From Tubiluchus corallicola (lineage: Eukaryota > Animalia > Priapulida): a stretch of 64,000 bases of DNA. The position numbers were made by a program, and so were the translations under genes. The notes under the pieces are model-generated. The model saw only the letters and a list, made by a program, of their open reading frames with translations, did no database searches and had not been told where the DNA came from. The stretch spans positions 1 to 64,000 of the forward strand of contig JAQGDQ010000359.1 in NCBI GenBank assembly GCA_030141605.1, written 5' to 3'. This document shows, one piece after another, positions 26,894-39,784 of this stretch (its first letter is position 1; each line of letters opens with the position of its first letter).

Positions 26894-27208
26894 GGTCACC
26901 AAGTAAACCACTTGGCACTAGCCGAAGTAGGACAATTGGTGTACGTGGGCTAGCCCATGTAGGACGCGTCGTACATGGGGTGCCCAAGTAGGACACTAGT
27001 GACAGGTCGCGAATTGAGTCGTTAAGCGTACTGGCACTTTCCGTTGTCCTTGTTTATGTAATAATTTTAATAATAATTAAAAACGTAGATTCACTTTGAA
27101 CAATTTATTATACATCTGAAAAATAAAAGAATTTTATTCTGAGCTAGTGGGCTACACATGCATTTTACCGGAAGTGTCCTACTTCAGCTAGTGGGCTACT
27201 CGGTGCCC
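26894..27208. mobile_element. MITE-like foldback element
   Basis: Left end GGTCACCAAGTA...CACTAGCCGAAGTAGGACA is inverted against right end TGTCCTACTTCAGCTAGTGGGCTACTCGGTGCCC; internal repeats of GTAGGAC. No clear TSD. Confidence 0.7.
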
Positions 27209-27214
27209 TACAGA

Positions 27215-28440
27215 AGTGTTAAGTCTACTTTTGAAAGCATGCACAGACTCAGCTTTCATAACATGGCTTGGTAGACGGTTCTGTAGATGTGTAACTCTTT
27301 AGAAAAGACGTATTTTCTCATATCCAAGCAAGCCTGCTGCTTATAATTTTTAAAACAACGTCCTTTCATCACGGACTCCACTCATAACATAAACTTGGCT
27401 TATTAACGCCGCTTGTAACATAAACGTGGCTTTTTAACTTCATAAAAGTCGTGAACATACTTAAATGTATCAATCAAATCTCCTCGCAGAATTCAAATGG
27501 TGGAACAGAGAGGCATTGTAAACATTCAGGGTAAGAGAGGTTTTTTCAACTTTAGTTGAAGCTGTGTTTTTGTACAATGCTGAACTATGGATAATAAAAG
27601 TTAAACAGCAGAAGGAAACTGACATTTTTAAAAGACGTCTCTTCGAGAATTACTAAAAATTAAATAGCCTGTCAGAATATCCCAATGATGATCTGTATAA
27701 TGTAGTCAAGAACAATCCTTCGAATAAACCAATATAAGTAAGAAGATTGCATTGGATTGGGCATGCACTAAGATTACCTCAAGAGTCTCCTCTTCATATA
27801 TTATTACGTAAAGCTCTTGAAATGACAAAAAAGCCTAGAAGGGGTCAACTACTGACATATATAGATATACTGCAAAAAGACTAGAAAATACAACTCTAGA
27901 TTTGAGGTATGATGACGGGCAGTGGGCAGTGACTGTGGACAGGAATGCATGGGATCAACAGATTGACATGCCATTTTTAGAACATAGCAGCACCTAGATG
28001 ACGATATCCTTAAAACTAGGTGTCAGTTTGGTTGCTCTTCTGTGTGCAGCTTCAATTTGCTTTCTTAAGCCTATGTGGCACCGAAACAAGTGCTGTGGCC
28101 AGATTACACAATAGAGCAAATAAGTCCCTGGAACAATTCCAGTGTAGTATCTTTGTTAAGGTAAACATAAGAATGACTCACAACCGCCAATGCGCTACTA
28201 GCTTTTGAAACAATTTGACCAATGTGATGTTTAAGGGAAAGGTTGTTATCAATTAATATGACAAGATTGCTAACGCAATGAACTTCATGCAAGATGTTGT
28301 CCCATATGTTAGGGTTTTCTTTAATCAGATGATAAGTTCCATCCGAGTTTTTTGCTCTAGCACCAATAGTGAACACTTAGCAGGATAAAACTGAAATTGC
28401 CAGTCTGTGGTCTAACAGTGATGGCTATCTAACTCATTTT
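27215..28440 (-). mobile_element. CR1-type LINE 3' fragment split into two pieces (27215-27590 and 28015-28440)
   Basis: Minus-strand translation ILIDNNLSLKHHIGQIVSKAS... continues after the interruption as LRGDLIDTFKY...RKYVFSKRVTHLQNRLPSHVMKAESVHAFKSRLN, a typical CR1 C-terminus. Confidence 0.75.
27590..28012 (+). mobile_element. RTE-type LINE 3' fragment nested in the CR1 fragment
   Basis: NDDLYNVV...RRLHWIGHALRLPQESP...KKPRRGQLLTYIDILQKD matches the RTE C-terminal pattern; boundaries approximate. Confidence 0.7.
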
Positions 28441-28836
28441 TTTAATTTTCTTTTTTATAAGATGTTTCTATTTATAAGCAGCCTAGAACCTTCATTGCAG
28501 AGCTCGCAGTTAGTAGTTGCACAGGCCTATGTTGGATTTTGAGCAAACAAGTCAACATTTTACATTTAGGTGATTTGTTAGCATCTGTTCTTACATATTT
28601 TCATTCTAGTATCAGTAACTTGTGTCTGTCTTTTTGTGCCTTGTCATACATAATATGAACTGAACTGTCACTTCTTTTTACAGATGTATCTTGTATCCAT
28701 ATAATGAAAATATGAATGGGCCTAATACCGGCATATGTGTTGGTCTTATGCACAATGCACAGAACTTTAACATTTTTATTGTAGGTGACACTGTGAATGA
28801 ACTAACAATAACAAAAAGGGATTATTAGTATCAGCA

Positions 28837-31832
28837 ATGGCATATCTTTCAAATGGTATGTAAGTTATAAAAATGGTCATTGGCTCACTACCCATTGTTT
28901 TCCTGTTAGTTTTTTCTGATTAGCTATTGGTTTGTATTTTTGAATGACAAAACGTCAAAGAAGATTTAATTTATTTGATTATGTGTACTGTAGGTCAAGA
29001 ACGGAACATAAGTTTCTCTCAAGTGCCAGTAACTTCTAAATCTATAGCTTACCATTTGTTTTGTAAAAGACTGATTTCTGTGGTCAAAATAGATCACAGA
29101 AAAAGATGGTGAAGTTTATTAGCAAAAAGTACTAAAAAGACTAATTGTTACTTGTAGAATTCTGAATGTAGCAAGCATCATATAAATTTCAGATTCTTAA
29201 AATGGGTAACTGTGGTTTCTTTATTTATTTTCTACTGAAATGATGTTTTTTTATTTTTTTATTTATTTTTTGCTTAAACTTGACTCAAAACTCTTTTATT
29301 AATCATGTTCTTTTCTACTACTATGAGCCTGTTTGGGAACACTTTGACAACTCTGAAAGGTAGTAGCTGTTTGTATATTTATAGAGTAGCATGCACACTT
29401 ACTTTACCCAACAACACAATTACTCGGGTTACCCTAATCTAAAATATCTAGTAGTGAGGGGCTAATTTTGATTGTTCACTTGATAAGCAATTGTAGTAAT
29501 TTTGTTTTCGGTTTGTGCAATTGTATATAATATATGTGTCTATGTAATTGTAATGGTATTTTTGTCTAATAAATAAAAAAATAATTGTCTAGCGTTCTAA
29601 CTTCTTTTTAGGGATTGTACATTATTACTTATTTTTGGCATTTTGCACTAATTCAATTTATTTATTTGCAATTGTTGCCCATCACCTGAGTATGCCATTC
29701 ATCAAAATGTAAACTTTTAAGACTGTGTTTTCTAGGCAACGTGCTGGATAGTCGACATTCTTCATGGAGCTTATCTTTACTGCCACAGTTCTTCTGGGGA
29801 ATCATCAACTTTATAGTGCTTTTGTGAGTTTTCATTTATTCATTCATATATCAAGAACGTAAAATTTTTTGATTAGCAAAACAGTAGTTTTCTGAACTCT
29901 TGTTTTTCAACCATTTTCTCTGGATGTTACTAGAATCCTAATCGTCTTTTTTTTGCTTAAGATAATTTGAATGAATTTCCTAATTTAGTTTTGTTAGATG
30001 GGGATGCTATATTTGTAGTGCTACAATCTTTTACACAATATCTTTATAAATAGGCATTGTTACAGATTTGTCTGTCATACTGCTGAGTATTGAATCATGG
30101 TTGCCTGCAAAGCACCAAATTGTACAAACAGTTGTAATGCAACGCTTTCTCGCCTTTTTCACCAGCAACTTCTTATTCAAAAATTAGCAAATACTTTGGT
30201 CTGCTAGAATGCAGTATTTAACTTTACAGTTTTTAGAAAATTTGGGCACTGTGTAAAGAGGCCTCTGTCTCGATGGCTTTTCTCTTCTGCTGCCCATCCA
30301 AGTTTTCTGTTCACACTAACATTCTGTGCCTCAATGCTATAAATTTAAATGATAACGTTTCGGTTTGTATGTAAAAATAACAAAGTTTTATTGATTAATA
30401 TTTTGGGTTTTTAATCTTTTTTTCCCAACTTGGTTAGTTTTAGCTCTAAGAAATTCTGAATAGTTATTCATATATTTACTTATGTGAATTTACAAATAAT
30501 CTAGGATTTGTTTTTATTTTTTCAGCTTTCAAACAATGATACAGGTAGGCCTATTTGTTCTCAAATTCTTTTTTCATTACAGTAACAATACTTTCCTGTA
30601 GAAACTTTTCTTTTTCTGTTCTATTGTGTTCTGTATTTTAGTTACATACTAAACTGTTCGAGCATGTTCTACCCAGCCTGTCCGGTCCGGTTTTGAACTA
30701 TACCATTTTCTACTTTGACATTCTGGTTCAATATTTCTTCTCCGCTTTATTATTATTTTGCTTATGCGTGTGAAACAGTGTTGAAAATTTTCATGCACAG
30801 GAAAATATTTGGACATTTCTTAGCCAATTCTCAGCAAATCTATATAAGTGCATTTCCAAATGGATTTATGATCAGTATGGGAACCATAACGGGCCTGCAG
30901 GTTGAAGGCATTTAATCTTGTCCCCACTGCTTACTGGATGTTAAAAAAATTCTTTTTTCTTATTACAGATACAGTAGCTGTCAATTTTTGTTCAAATGTA
31001 TCAAATTTGAATTTAAGTATAGTACTGCCACACATTTATAAATTTAATCATTATATTTTTGAAATTGTTATGCAGCCTGATCTTACCAAAAATGGAAGAA
31101 GTTGCCAATCTGATTATCGACCAGATGGTGGAGGTGGTGGACCAAGGAGACGAATGGGAGGATTTCGCGGTGGGGGAGGTAAATGGTTGTTATTAATAAT
31201 TATTTCTCAAAGAAAGGTGGATGCTAATTTTATAGGCCATCCGGTACTAAGTCACCAAAGCCTTGGAAGTGAAATAGTTTGCCGTTCTTCTGTTATACTG
31301 TACACATAACATACAATTTCTACACTGACTATTTTTATACTGACTCTGATAACACAAAATAGGCGTTTATCGTTCGTAGTCAGTAGAACAGTAAAATTTA
31401 TGTTATATTCTGAAATTTTCTTTCTCACCATCCTCCTGGTAGATTTTCATCTGTCAGCCGAAATGTTCGCCATGAGTTGCTTGAGCAAAAAATACTTCAG
31501 TGACTTGCTAGGTCTATCCTGAAGGATTTAGTCCACAGCTCCTTATTTGAATATTCGGAGCACCCTGGCTCGTGAGCCAGGGGTCCCCCATCCGCCACCC
31601 GGGGGATGCGCCCGGTAGGGGTTTACTCCCCCCCGAGTTATTATATTATTATATTCTGAAATGTGCTTTATAAATGCGAAACAATTTGTGCGAGTAATGA
31701 AACAAACAAGCAAGAGAAGATGATGTGATTGCCATAAAAAGTGTCAATAACAAAAGGTTGAACTCTTTAAATTTGTTTGTTTCAGGAGCACCTGGGCCAC
31801 CGCCTATGGCAGGTGGAGGATGAGGGCGGTAA
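28837..31832 (+). CDS. SELENOK: Selenoprotein K, 91 aa, Sec encoded by TGA at 31821-31823
   Basis: Exons 28837-28855, 29736-29823, 30526-30544, 31076-31178, 31786-31832 total 276 nt: MAYLSNGNVLDSRHSSWSLSLLPQFFWGIINFIVLFFQTMIQPDLTKNGRSCQSDYRPDGGGGGPRRRMGGFRGGGGAPGPPPMAGGG-U-GR*. Single TM helix, G/P/R-rich tail and GGUGR end; SECIS downstream. Confidence 0.96.
31417..31648 (+). mobile_element. 5'-truncated non-LTR retroelement insertion with 14-bp TSD
   Basis: TTATATTCTGAAAT duplicated at 31403-31416 and 31649-31662; GC-rich structured 3' part followed by a short TTA/TATTA tail. Confidence 0.8.
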
Positions 31833-32049
31833 ATCCCAGGTATTAATTTACCTGGCCGTCTTGCACTTTCATCACGACCTCTATTCTCTATGCAGCTAAT
31901 ATTTATGTTAAAATTATTACATTATCACTAAAGTAGTACAGTGGTTAGATTTCTCTGGTTGATCCCTTTAATACAATATTTGCATGCAGATGAGTCTGTT
32001 GTGATGAGTGTGTGTTTATTTTGCTTCATGTTTTGCCAGTGGCATTGTA

Positions 32050-32122
32050 CAAAGTGCTATGTATGAAGCTGTAGTTGTAAAACCTGAAAGGGACCATCTA
32101 TGGCAGATTTTGGCAATATTTG
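32050..32122 (+). promoter_or_regulatory. Type II SECIS element of SELENOK
   Basis: Helix I TGCTA/TGGCA; core ATGAA (32063) opposite AGAT (32105); helix II GCTGTAG/CTATGGC; unpaired AAA 11 nt after the core; apical mini-stem CCT-GAA-AGG. AATAAA follows at 32163 and 32348. Confidence 0.9.
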
Positions 32123-33069
32123 AGGCCTTTGCATTGAATACTGTAATCTTTTGTGCATGTGCAATAAATCAAAATATTATAACTGAAGATATTTATATGT
32201 ATATATGTAATGCTTTTCGAAGTGAACTTTCATGTTACATTGTACTTTAGATTCAACTATGAATAGTTTAGCTTGGTATTTTTTAGTCCATGCATTTGTT
32301 TCTGGATCATTTTTTTGTGGAGTGAGTTTTGCATATTCATTCTAAGCAATAAAATTACTACTTTACACAATGCTTTGTGTGTGTTTTGAAACAGTTCAAG
32401 ACTAGCAATGTTTTTTAATCATCGTCACTCACTTGTATTATTGTTACTTGCAAGCTATATGATTGCATTGTTTCCATTTTTGACGACTGACAAATACTGA
32501 CTAGTGCACACTGACAACTACTGTTAGTCATGATTCTATAGTGTAACTAAAGTATTTACCACATTTTGGAGAGAACAGTTTTCTTATTTAGACAGTTGCT
32601 GTCTCTTTTTCTTTGGTACATAAAAAATTATATGCATACGTAATGTAGCAATTCTTTTATATACACAATAATCGGCATTCCTCACATCATCTAAGACCAA
32701 AGAATTACTATGGTTAAACAAACTATTGGTTATTTGGAATTCAGTTTTAAAGTTTTTCGAATTATTAATAAAGTGCATTCTCACAAAGATCATGCACATT
32801 ACTTCAATTTATTCTGTAGTAAAAACACTAATAATTTAATTGTTTAAAAATTAAGCACAGAAATCACAGCTAAACTATCCTGATTGCACGATGTTTCAAA
32901 TGTTTTCATAATAAAATCGTATATTTTTTATTGTTGCAGTGGTGAAGAATTTTATTCGAATTCATAATCTTAATCTCGAATCGATTTCGTATTAAAAAAC
33001 TCGTTCGAGTTCCATTCGAACGTTCAGTGCCAATAACGCAACACATGTGCAGGGGCCAGCTGAGCTGCA

Positions 33070-34475
33070 GCACCTATAATCATATATCTGTGATGACAAC
33101 AGACATGTTGGTTACCGTGGATACGCTCGATCCTCCTCACCACCAATGGCGAGCAAACAGACATCAATAAAAAGTGTCTGTTTGCGAGATCAACTTGTTT
33201 TACAAATCACGCCAAATACCTTTTACGTCAATTTGCCTTTACTGTTTACTCGTCTTTATTTATATTTTTAGTTTCAACAGCTCGTTAACATACATCCTGG
33301 TCAGTAGTAATTTATTTATGTTCCATTCACTTGTATCTTGTGCAGATAGGCCCAACTTGTTGTTATACACAGCTTTACATTCGAAAAGATGCTCAGTAGT
33401 ATCCTCTACTACCTGGCATAAAGAACTTTTAAGATCCCCTTCATACAGATTTTTGAAATTTGCTTTAACATCTATCATATTAAGTCCAATTGACATCATA
33501 TCTTTCATTTCGTCTAACCTACATTTTTGGACATACATTTGTCTTGGGAAAGTTCTGTTTTTTAAAAATCTTAATTTTGTCATAGTTTCTATTTTAGTTT
33601 TAAGCTCTCTTTCTATAAATAAATGAATTTCATTCTTTACATACTTTTTCCATCTAGGTTTGGTTATTACATTTATATCCACTGTATTTATATCAACATA
33701 TTTATTCATGATGTGTTTGATTTCTGAATACCAACATTTATTAAAGTTATTATATATTTGCACTTTTAGAACTTGTTTTGCCATTCTTTCATTATTTGAT
33801 TTCATTAACAGATGATAATACATTAATTTTTTACAGTCCACCCTACAAGTCAATGGCCAGGTTTTTGTTTCACTTAACATGCCCCAATATGGCTACTATG
33901 CTTTTGACATAAAAATTCTTTTTGTATGCTTTCTAATTTATCTATTTCTGATTTGGTGAGATTGGCCCAAGTCTCAGCATTATTGATTATTGATGGTATT
34001 ACTGTGTTTTCGTACAGCATTAGCCGAACAGCTGTAACAGTAGTTCCAACTTTAGATTCATTATCAATGTTCATTATTTCTAAAATCATAAATTTCATTT
34101 TATCTTTTCTTTTTTTCCAACGTAAGCTGATAATTATTTTTGCTATTAAACCAATCTCCCAAGTACTTGTATTCATGAGTTCGTTTAACTTGGCCATTTT
34201 TTACATTCAGTATTAGTTCTTTATTGTTTCTCTTTTTTGTCATATTAGTTGCCATGTATTTTGTTTTTTTTTAAGTTGAAGATCATCATTTTTTGAGTTT
34301 CTATCTCCCTAAAATTCTCTGCTGCTTTAATCACTGTTTTTGCAATCCCTACTGAACACGTCATCCACGTATAACAGGGTGCCATTCTTAAATCAGCGCT
34401 AAACATTGTCACTGGATGATACTGTATATCTATCATATCGTTCATAGTTATCCCACATCGTGTTGGTCCTCTTAG
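33070..34475 (-). mobile_element. 5'-truncated, frameshifted non-LTR retrotransposon (RTE-X/Proto2-like; clade tentative)
   Basis: RT remnant TLLYVDDV near 34375, broken ORFs 34445-33260, C-terminal zinc-knuckle remnant SSLCQVVEDTTEHLFEC, and a 3' UTR hairpin GCAAACAGACA/TGTCTGTTTGC (33153-33185). Confidence 0.75.
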
Positions 34476-36206
34476 TTGCCTAACACGTTTGGTGAAAGTT
34501 TGTTACACCTAAGAATCCCCATGTTGCTAACTGCTGAGAGAGCGCGTGTGAATGAAATTACGAAACTGCAAAAAGAAAAGGTTTAAATCGGTGAAGAAAA
34601 GTTTTTAATCGTACAAACGGTTTTATTATTATTTTTCATTCATGTGCACTTTTATAACTCAAACGTCATTTTTAACAATTCTTTGTTAAATCACCCAATA
34701 ACGCAGTAAAACAAGTTGGTTAACTTGAGAGATTACAAAAAGTATGTTTTAAACGTTCTTGCTAGGCATTTCCTGCTAATAATAATACTAATATTTTTTA
34801 CTACACTATCATTGATATATTTCCACTAGCACCGCTGTTCAATTATTACTTACAAATCGACGTTTACACAATTTCTAAAGTTTCTATCCACGCAGGCTAG
34901 TGCTCTCCCAAGTTAATTATGTTTTGGTACCAAATATAATTTAACTTAGGTTTACTCAAAAAATATGCTCGATCTGTCGAAGAACTGAGATAATACCTAG
35001 AAAGTTCTACCCAGTACCCATTCTCTGGATAATTTGATGCCAGACTGGATAAGGCTAACATATAGCTGCCATATTGAGGTGGCATAAAACTGTAAAACAC
35101 AAGTTCAGAACATTTGCTGTGTCTTATTAAAGTGATTTCTTTCAAAACACTTTAAGCGATGTGCTTCACAAACTCATAAAGACAATTTTTTTATTTTAAA
35201 AATTCCTTCTTTCACTCTGTGATCGCAATCAAGCGCTACCCCACTAATTTTCCATCATTACCATACTCTTGGCACTCCAATTTCCAGACTTTTTTCATAC
35301 ATAACAGATAATCGTAGCTGGCTGGCCAATATTCATTTATTCTCAAGAAAATAATGTGATAACTAAATGTTAAAATCATTCAAAAACATGACACAAAATT
35401 TAAAAGCATGGAAGACAAAGTATTTTTATTAATTCAAGCTAACTAGCATAAAATAACTGAAAATTATTAAACACGTGACGATGGTTCTTCTTTATCTTTT
35501 GATCTTAATCACTCTATGTTGCTTTTTAGTGGCTTTGTGAAGGTATTACACAGAGAGGCAAAGGGTGTAGAAGTACCCCCTACTTCCCTTTCCCCAAACT
35601 TCCAGTTAGAGAGTCTGAGGCTGATTTTTCCTACACTTAAGCCATTTTAGAGAATCTAAATTAGGCTGCATTGGCTGTAAAAAAACTGCTCAAATTTACT
35701 GTATAACAGGCCTGTTTTTTAATAAATGTCTTTAGATAACAGAATACAATATTCTGTCATCTCTATCATGGTGCAGTCATGTGCTTACAATGCAATATGT
35801 GCCTCAAAATCTAAACCAAAGAGTTATAGTTTAAGTGTGCAAAAACAAAGCCCTGTCTACACAATAGGTGACCTATAATAGATGGTCAGTGAATTAATTA
35901 AGTGAAAATTAGTTCAAACTTTGGAGTTTGGACTTTGGAGTGCATGCAACTGCTTTTATCAGCTAGGATAAGTACTGATATATTTTTTATTCACAGATGA
36001 GTGACAGATCCTAAATTTTTTCTCGCCTTTACGACATGTTACAAATTCATCTGTAGTCAGACAAGCTGACAAAGTGAAATTACATACCTAGTAAAAATAT
36101 AGGTGTTAAGATAAAATACTCAAAGCAAGCTTTAGAAACGTAGGAAACTATTGGTAGCTAAACTGTTTTAACTCTTTATTTCTAGGGTCATTCAAAGTCA
36201 TCAAGC

Positions 36207-36740
36207 ATGACACAGTATCACACAAATCCAACCAACCCAGTTGTATTCTTTGATGTCATGGTCGGTTCTTCAGAAATTGGTCGTATGAAAATGGAATTGT
36301 ATGCAGATGTGGTGCCCAGAACCGCAGAGAATTTTCGACAATTTTGTACCGGTGAATTCCGCAAGGATGGCGTCCCGATTGGCTACAAGACGAGCATCTT
36401 TCACAGAGTAATAAAAGATTTTATGATACAAGGGGGCGATTTTGTGAATAGCGATGGCACAGGAGTGTTCAGCATATATGGTGGCCATTTTGTGGACGAA
36501 AACTTCAAATTAAAGCACAGTGGGCCTGGACTCCTGTCCATGGCTAACAGTGGAAAAGACACAAATGGCTGTCAGTTTTTCATTACCTGTGCTAAGTGTG
36601 ACTTCTTAGATGGTAAACATGTAGTATTTGGTCGCGTTATTGATGGATTACTCGTGATGCGAAAAATAGAGAATGTTCCAGTGGGGCCGAATAACAAACC
36701 TAAAATTCCTATATCGATATCTCAATGTGGAGAAATGTAA
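36207..36740 (+). CDS. PPIH: Peptidyl-prolyl cis-trans isomerase H (cyclophilin H, U4/U6 snRNP), 177 aa, uninterrupted
   Basis: [68 protein letters not shown]-terminal ISQCGEM. Splice acceptor at 36185. Confidence 0.97.
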   Translation: MTQYHTNPTNPVVFFDVMVGSSEIGRMKMELYADVVPRTAENFRQFCTGEFRKDGVPIGYKTSIFHRVIKDFMIQGGDFVNSDGTGVFSIYGGHFVDENFKLKHSGPGLLSMANSGKDTNGCQFFITCAKCDFLDGKHVVFGRVIDGLLVMRKIENVPVGPNNKPKIPISISQCGEM

Positions 36741-39700
36741 AAAAAATTGATGATGTGATAGTGGTCTTTAGCAAGGCTCTTATACATTGACTTACTCATC
36801 CACTCACTCGGTCACTGACAAGTCGCCAAGGTTTTTCACTGAAAATCACTGGATTTTAATTCAGAAATTAGATGACATTTTATATTCAATGATGCAATTT
36901 AACCTCATACTCAATAGGGGCGAGCAGTAAACGTGTGTTCTTCATCATTAAAATGTTTGAAACAGCATGCAATTAACGCAATTTAGCTGCAGTTTTTGTG
37001 CACAATTTTTCATAAACTAATAGTGGTTTTACTGCAGAACAAAATCAAGTACTATGCATGATCTTTGTAAGACCACTTTTTACTAGTGGTTTGAAAACTT
37101 GTTTGAATATCTTTCAAACTGAATTCGAATTTGCTTTCTGGGAGAGAATGCTCACCCCCAATATTCAACAACACATCAGTCTTCTTAAAAAGGTACTTTT
37201 TCGTAGTAAAATGGGACCGATTAAATCTTGCTCATTTTCAATAATCCTGAGCCTATAAAAAATAATTTTAAATGTTTCACTTGTCGGACAGATCAGAAAT
37301 CACTTAGGGGACACAAGGCTCTTGAATACTTGAGATACTTTTTCGTATCTCAAGATACTTTAAGCACTTTAAGTATACTTTAAGCACTTAAAGTATACTT
37401 TAAGATACTTTTGTACTTGAATATTTGAGATACGTAAAGGAAAGTGTAGTTTCACGATTTCATGCACTGATCCCAAGTCTTTTTGAGGAGGGTTTTATCC
37501 ATAAATTTCAACCGGTCTTTATTTAGCTGTTACTGTACAATCAGAAAATTATTATATATAAACAAATGATGGCATTGATTGATATATTCAAACAACATAA
37601 ATCTTGCAGCTCAATCTCTATAACTTTAATGGTTGTACATAATCCTGTACAAAGTGTACCAGGAAGTGAAACATCATGGCTTTATTATGAAGCCTTACAC
37701 GTGCCTGTTATAGGAAACAGTGTAAAGCATATAGGTGTGTTTAAGAGGCAGAATTAATAAAGCTTTAACTCATACATGTGATGTGTTTTGCAACTATTTG
37801 TGGTAAAGTTATTGTAGCTTGAGCTTCCCAATTGCACAAAATTTAAGGTTGCCCTGTTTTAACAAATTTTAAATTTCAGACATTAGTTTTCCTTTTCTTG
37901 CATTGTTGGTACATTAGTGCGAGTCTTTGTTTGCATTTTTTTCTAATTGTCTTTCTCGTCCCCTCCCGTCATTTTCTGGTTTTTCTCTCTGCTGCTACCT
38001 TAGTGTCGTTATTTTGGTACTCTATCAACCCATTGTGTAATAAAGTGCCAGGCTCATTTCAACACACCCCAGCGACAGCAATAAATTGTGCAGTAGCATG
38101 GTCAGGGCGACAGCTTGGTTATGACACAGAAGCAGCCCTATAATTGGATCTTCAACACAGAAAAGTTCGTATTTCAAAACTAGTTGCAGGTAAAATGAAA
38201 CCTGCATCATTAAGTGAAGTGAGAAGATATTAAAGGCTCAACGTCATTCCTGATGAGAATACCTGTATAAGATGTAAAAGTGACGCTCAGAATAAAAAAT
38301 TACTATATGACAATAAAAAAGCACAAACACACTATTTTTACAACATATATAAAGGTTTAATCTTATAATTAATGTAAATTGCAGTCTTGCACATAAAGTT
38401 AAATAACATGAAATTTCATTGGTTGATCAAAATGAATCCAAAAAAATGTCTTGCAGGGTTAAATTGTAGATTACCTGGCCACGATAAGAACACAACTTTT
38501 CAAATGTAAATACATAAAGTTAAGTTATTCATGAATATAAAGGAAACAAAAACTATCAACCAATTTTAGTCACTTTGAATTCGAAACAATCAGTTCATTG
38601 TAAAGCAGTTTAAGTAGATCTCTCTGCTTTTCGCCACATAGTGCGATACAATAGAAACATGAAATTTATAACCAAGGGCATAAATAAATTAAGTAGGCAA
38701 AGCGACAGTAAAATACACTAGGACTTGGGATGTTATACAAAAACAGTTATTATAATAGATTCACATTTATTTAAATTTAAATCAAGCCGATGACCAAATA
38801 ATAGATTTTTGGTTGTAGGGGTAAAGTAACAACATTAACGATAATTAGGTATTAAATGTAATGTGAATAAAATAAGATGTTAACGACGATAGTTTAATAA
38901 TTTTGTTACAACATAGCGAGTGCCTGGTGAACAACAAAGATAACAGTGACTGTATTCTGCAAAAACTTGCAAGTAGACTGCTTATATTAGGACCTTGGTA
39001 AGCTACCAAGTGATTAGATGGAATTATCAGACAGAATCCAGCTGATAAATTTATTTAAAACACAGTCTTTATAAGCACAAAAGACAATTTGGGCCAAAAT
39101 ACTCATTTCAGATATAAACAATAGTAATGCGTTTAGCAGGCTAATGACCCACAAAATATAGACAAAAATAAAGGGATTTAGCTGTATACAAACTGAAAAA
39201 TTCGAGCCAAAAATGTACCTGTCTAAAGTTCGTGCTTGACTAAAGAAATGCAGTGTTGTTTACAATACCATTTTCCACGTGGTGTCAGCCCAGCAGAAAT
39301 TTTGAATATACACAGCATTTATAAAAAATATGGGTACCTAGATCATACATTTAAAACAGCTTAGCATTTCACATACTATAATTAACATTGGGGGAAGACA
39401 CTATTGGAGAAAACTCACGACAGCAACAATTCACAATGTTATTAGCTTAACATGCACACCCTGCTATTACAAATCCAAAATGCAGTAAGCTTGACTCATT
39501 GTTTAAGATGCATACATTACTGGCTTGTGTTTACGGAACTTTTGAGTATAAGCAAAAAAGATTTTTCACTTGACTTAATAAGCACTGAAGTTCCATGTAC
39601 ACTTGATTGCGTACAAAACTTTTACCTGGTCACCTACTCTCTTTTTCTGTACAAATTAAATTCTACATAAAATCTGTTAACTTTGTTAGCACTTTTCAAA

Positions 39701-39784
39701 AAATTACAGCTGCTTCTGTTTATTAAACAATGTATTTATCGAGATAAGTTTAATATACGGAACTTAATCCCGATTTAATTATAG

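Noticed and set aside
31555-31635. HDV-like ribozyme in the GC-rich insertion
   Set aside because: Could not build the nested P1/P1.1/P2/P3/P4 topology with a catalytic C; position beside a tail and TSD fits a retroelement 3' UTR.
37326-37435. Palindromic GATACTT/AAGTAT cluster as a structured ncRNA
   Set aside because: Low-complexity AT-rich inverted repeats typical of MITE interiors; no RNA family features.
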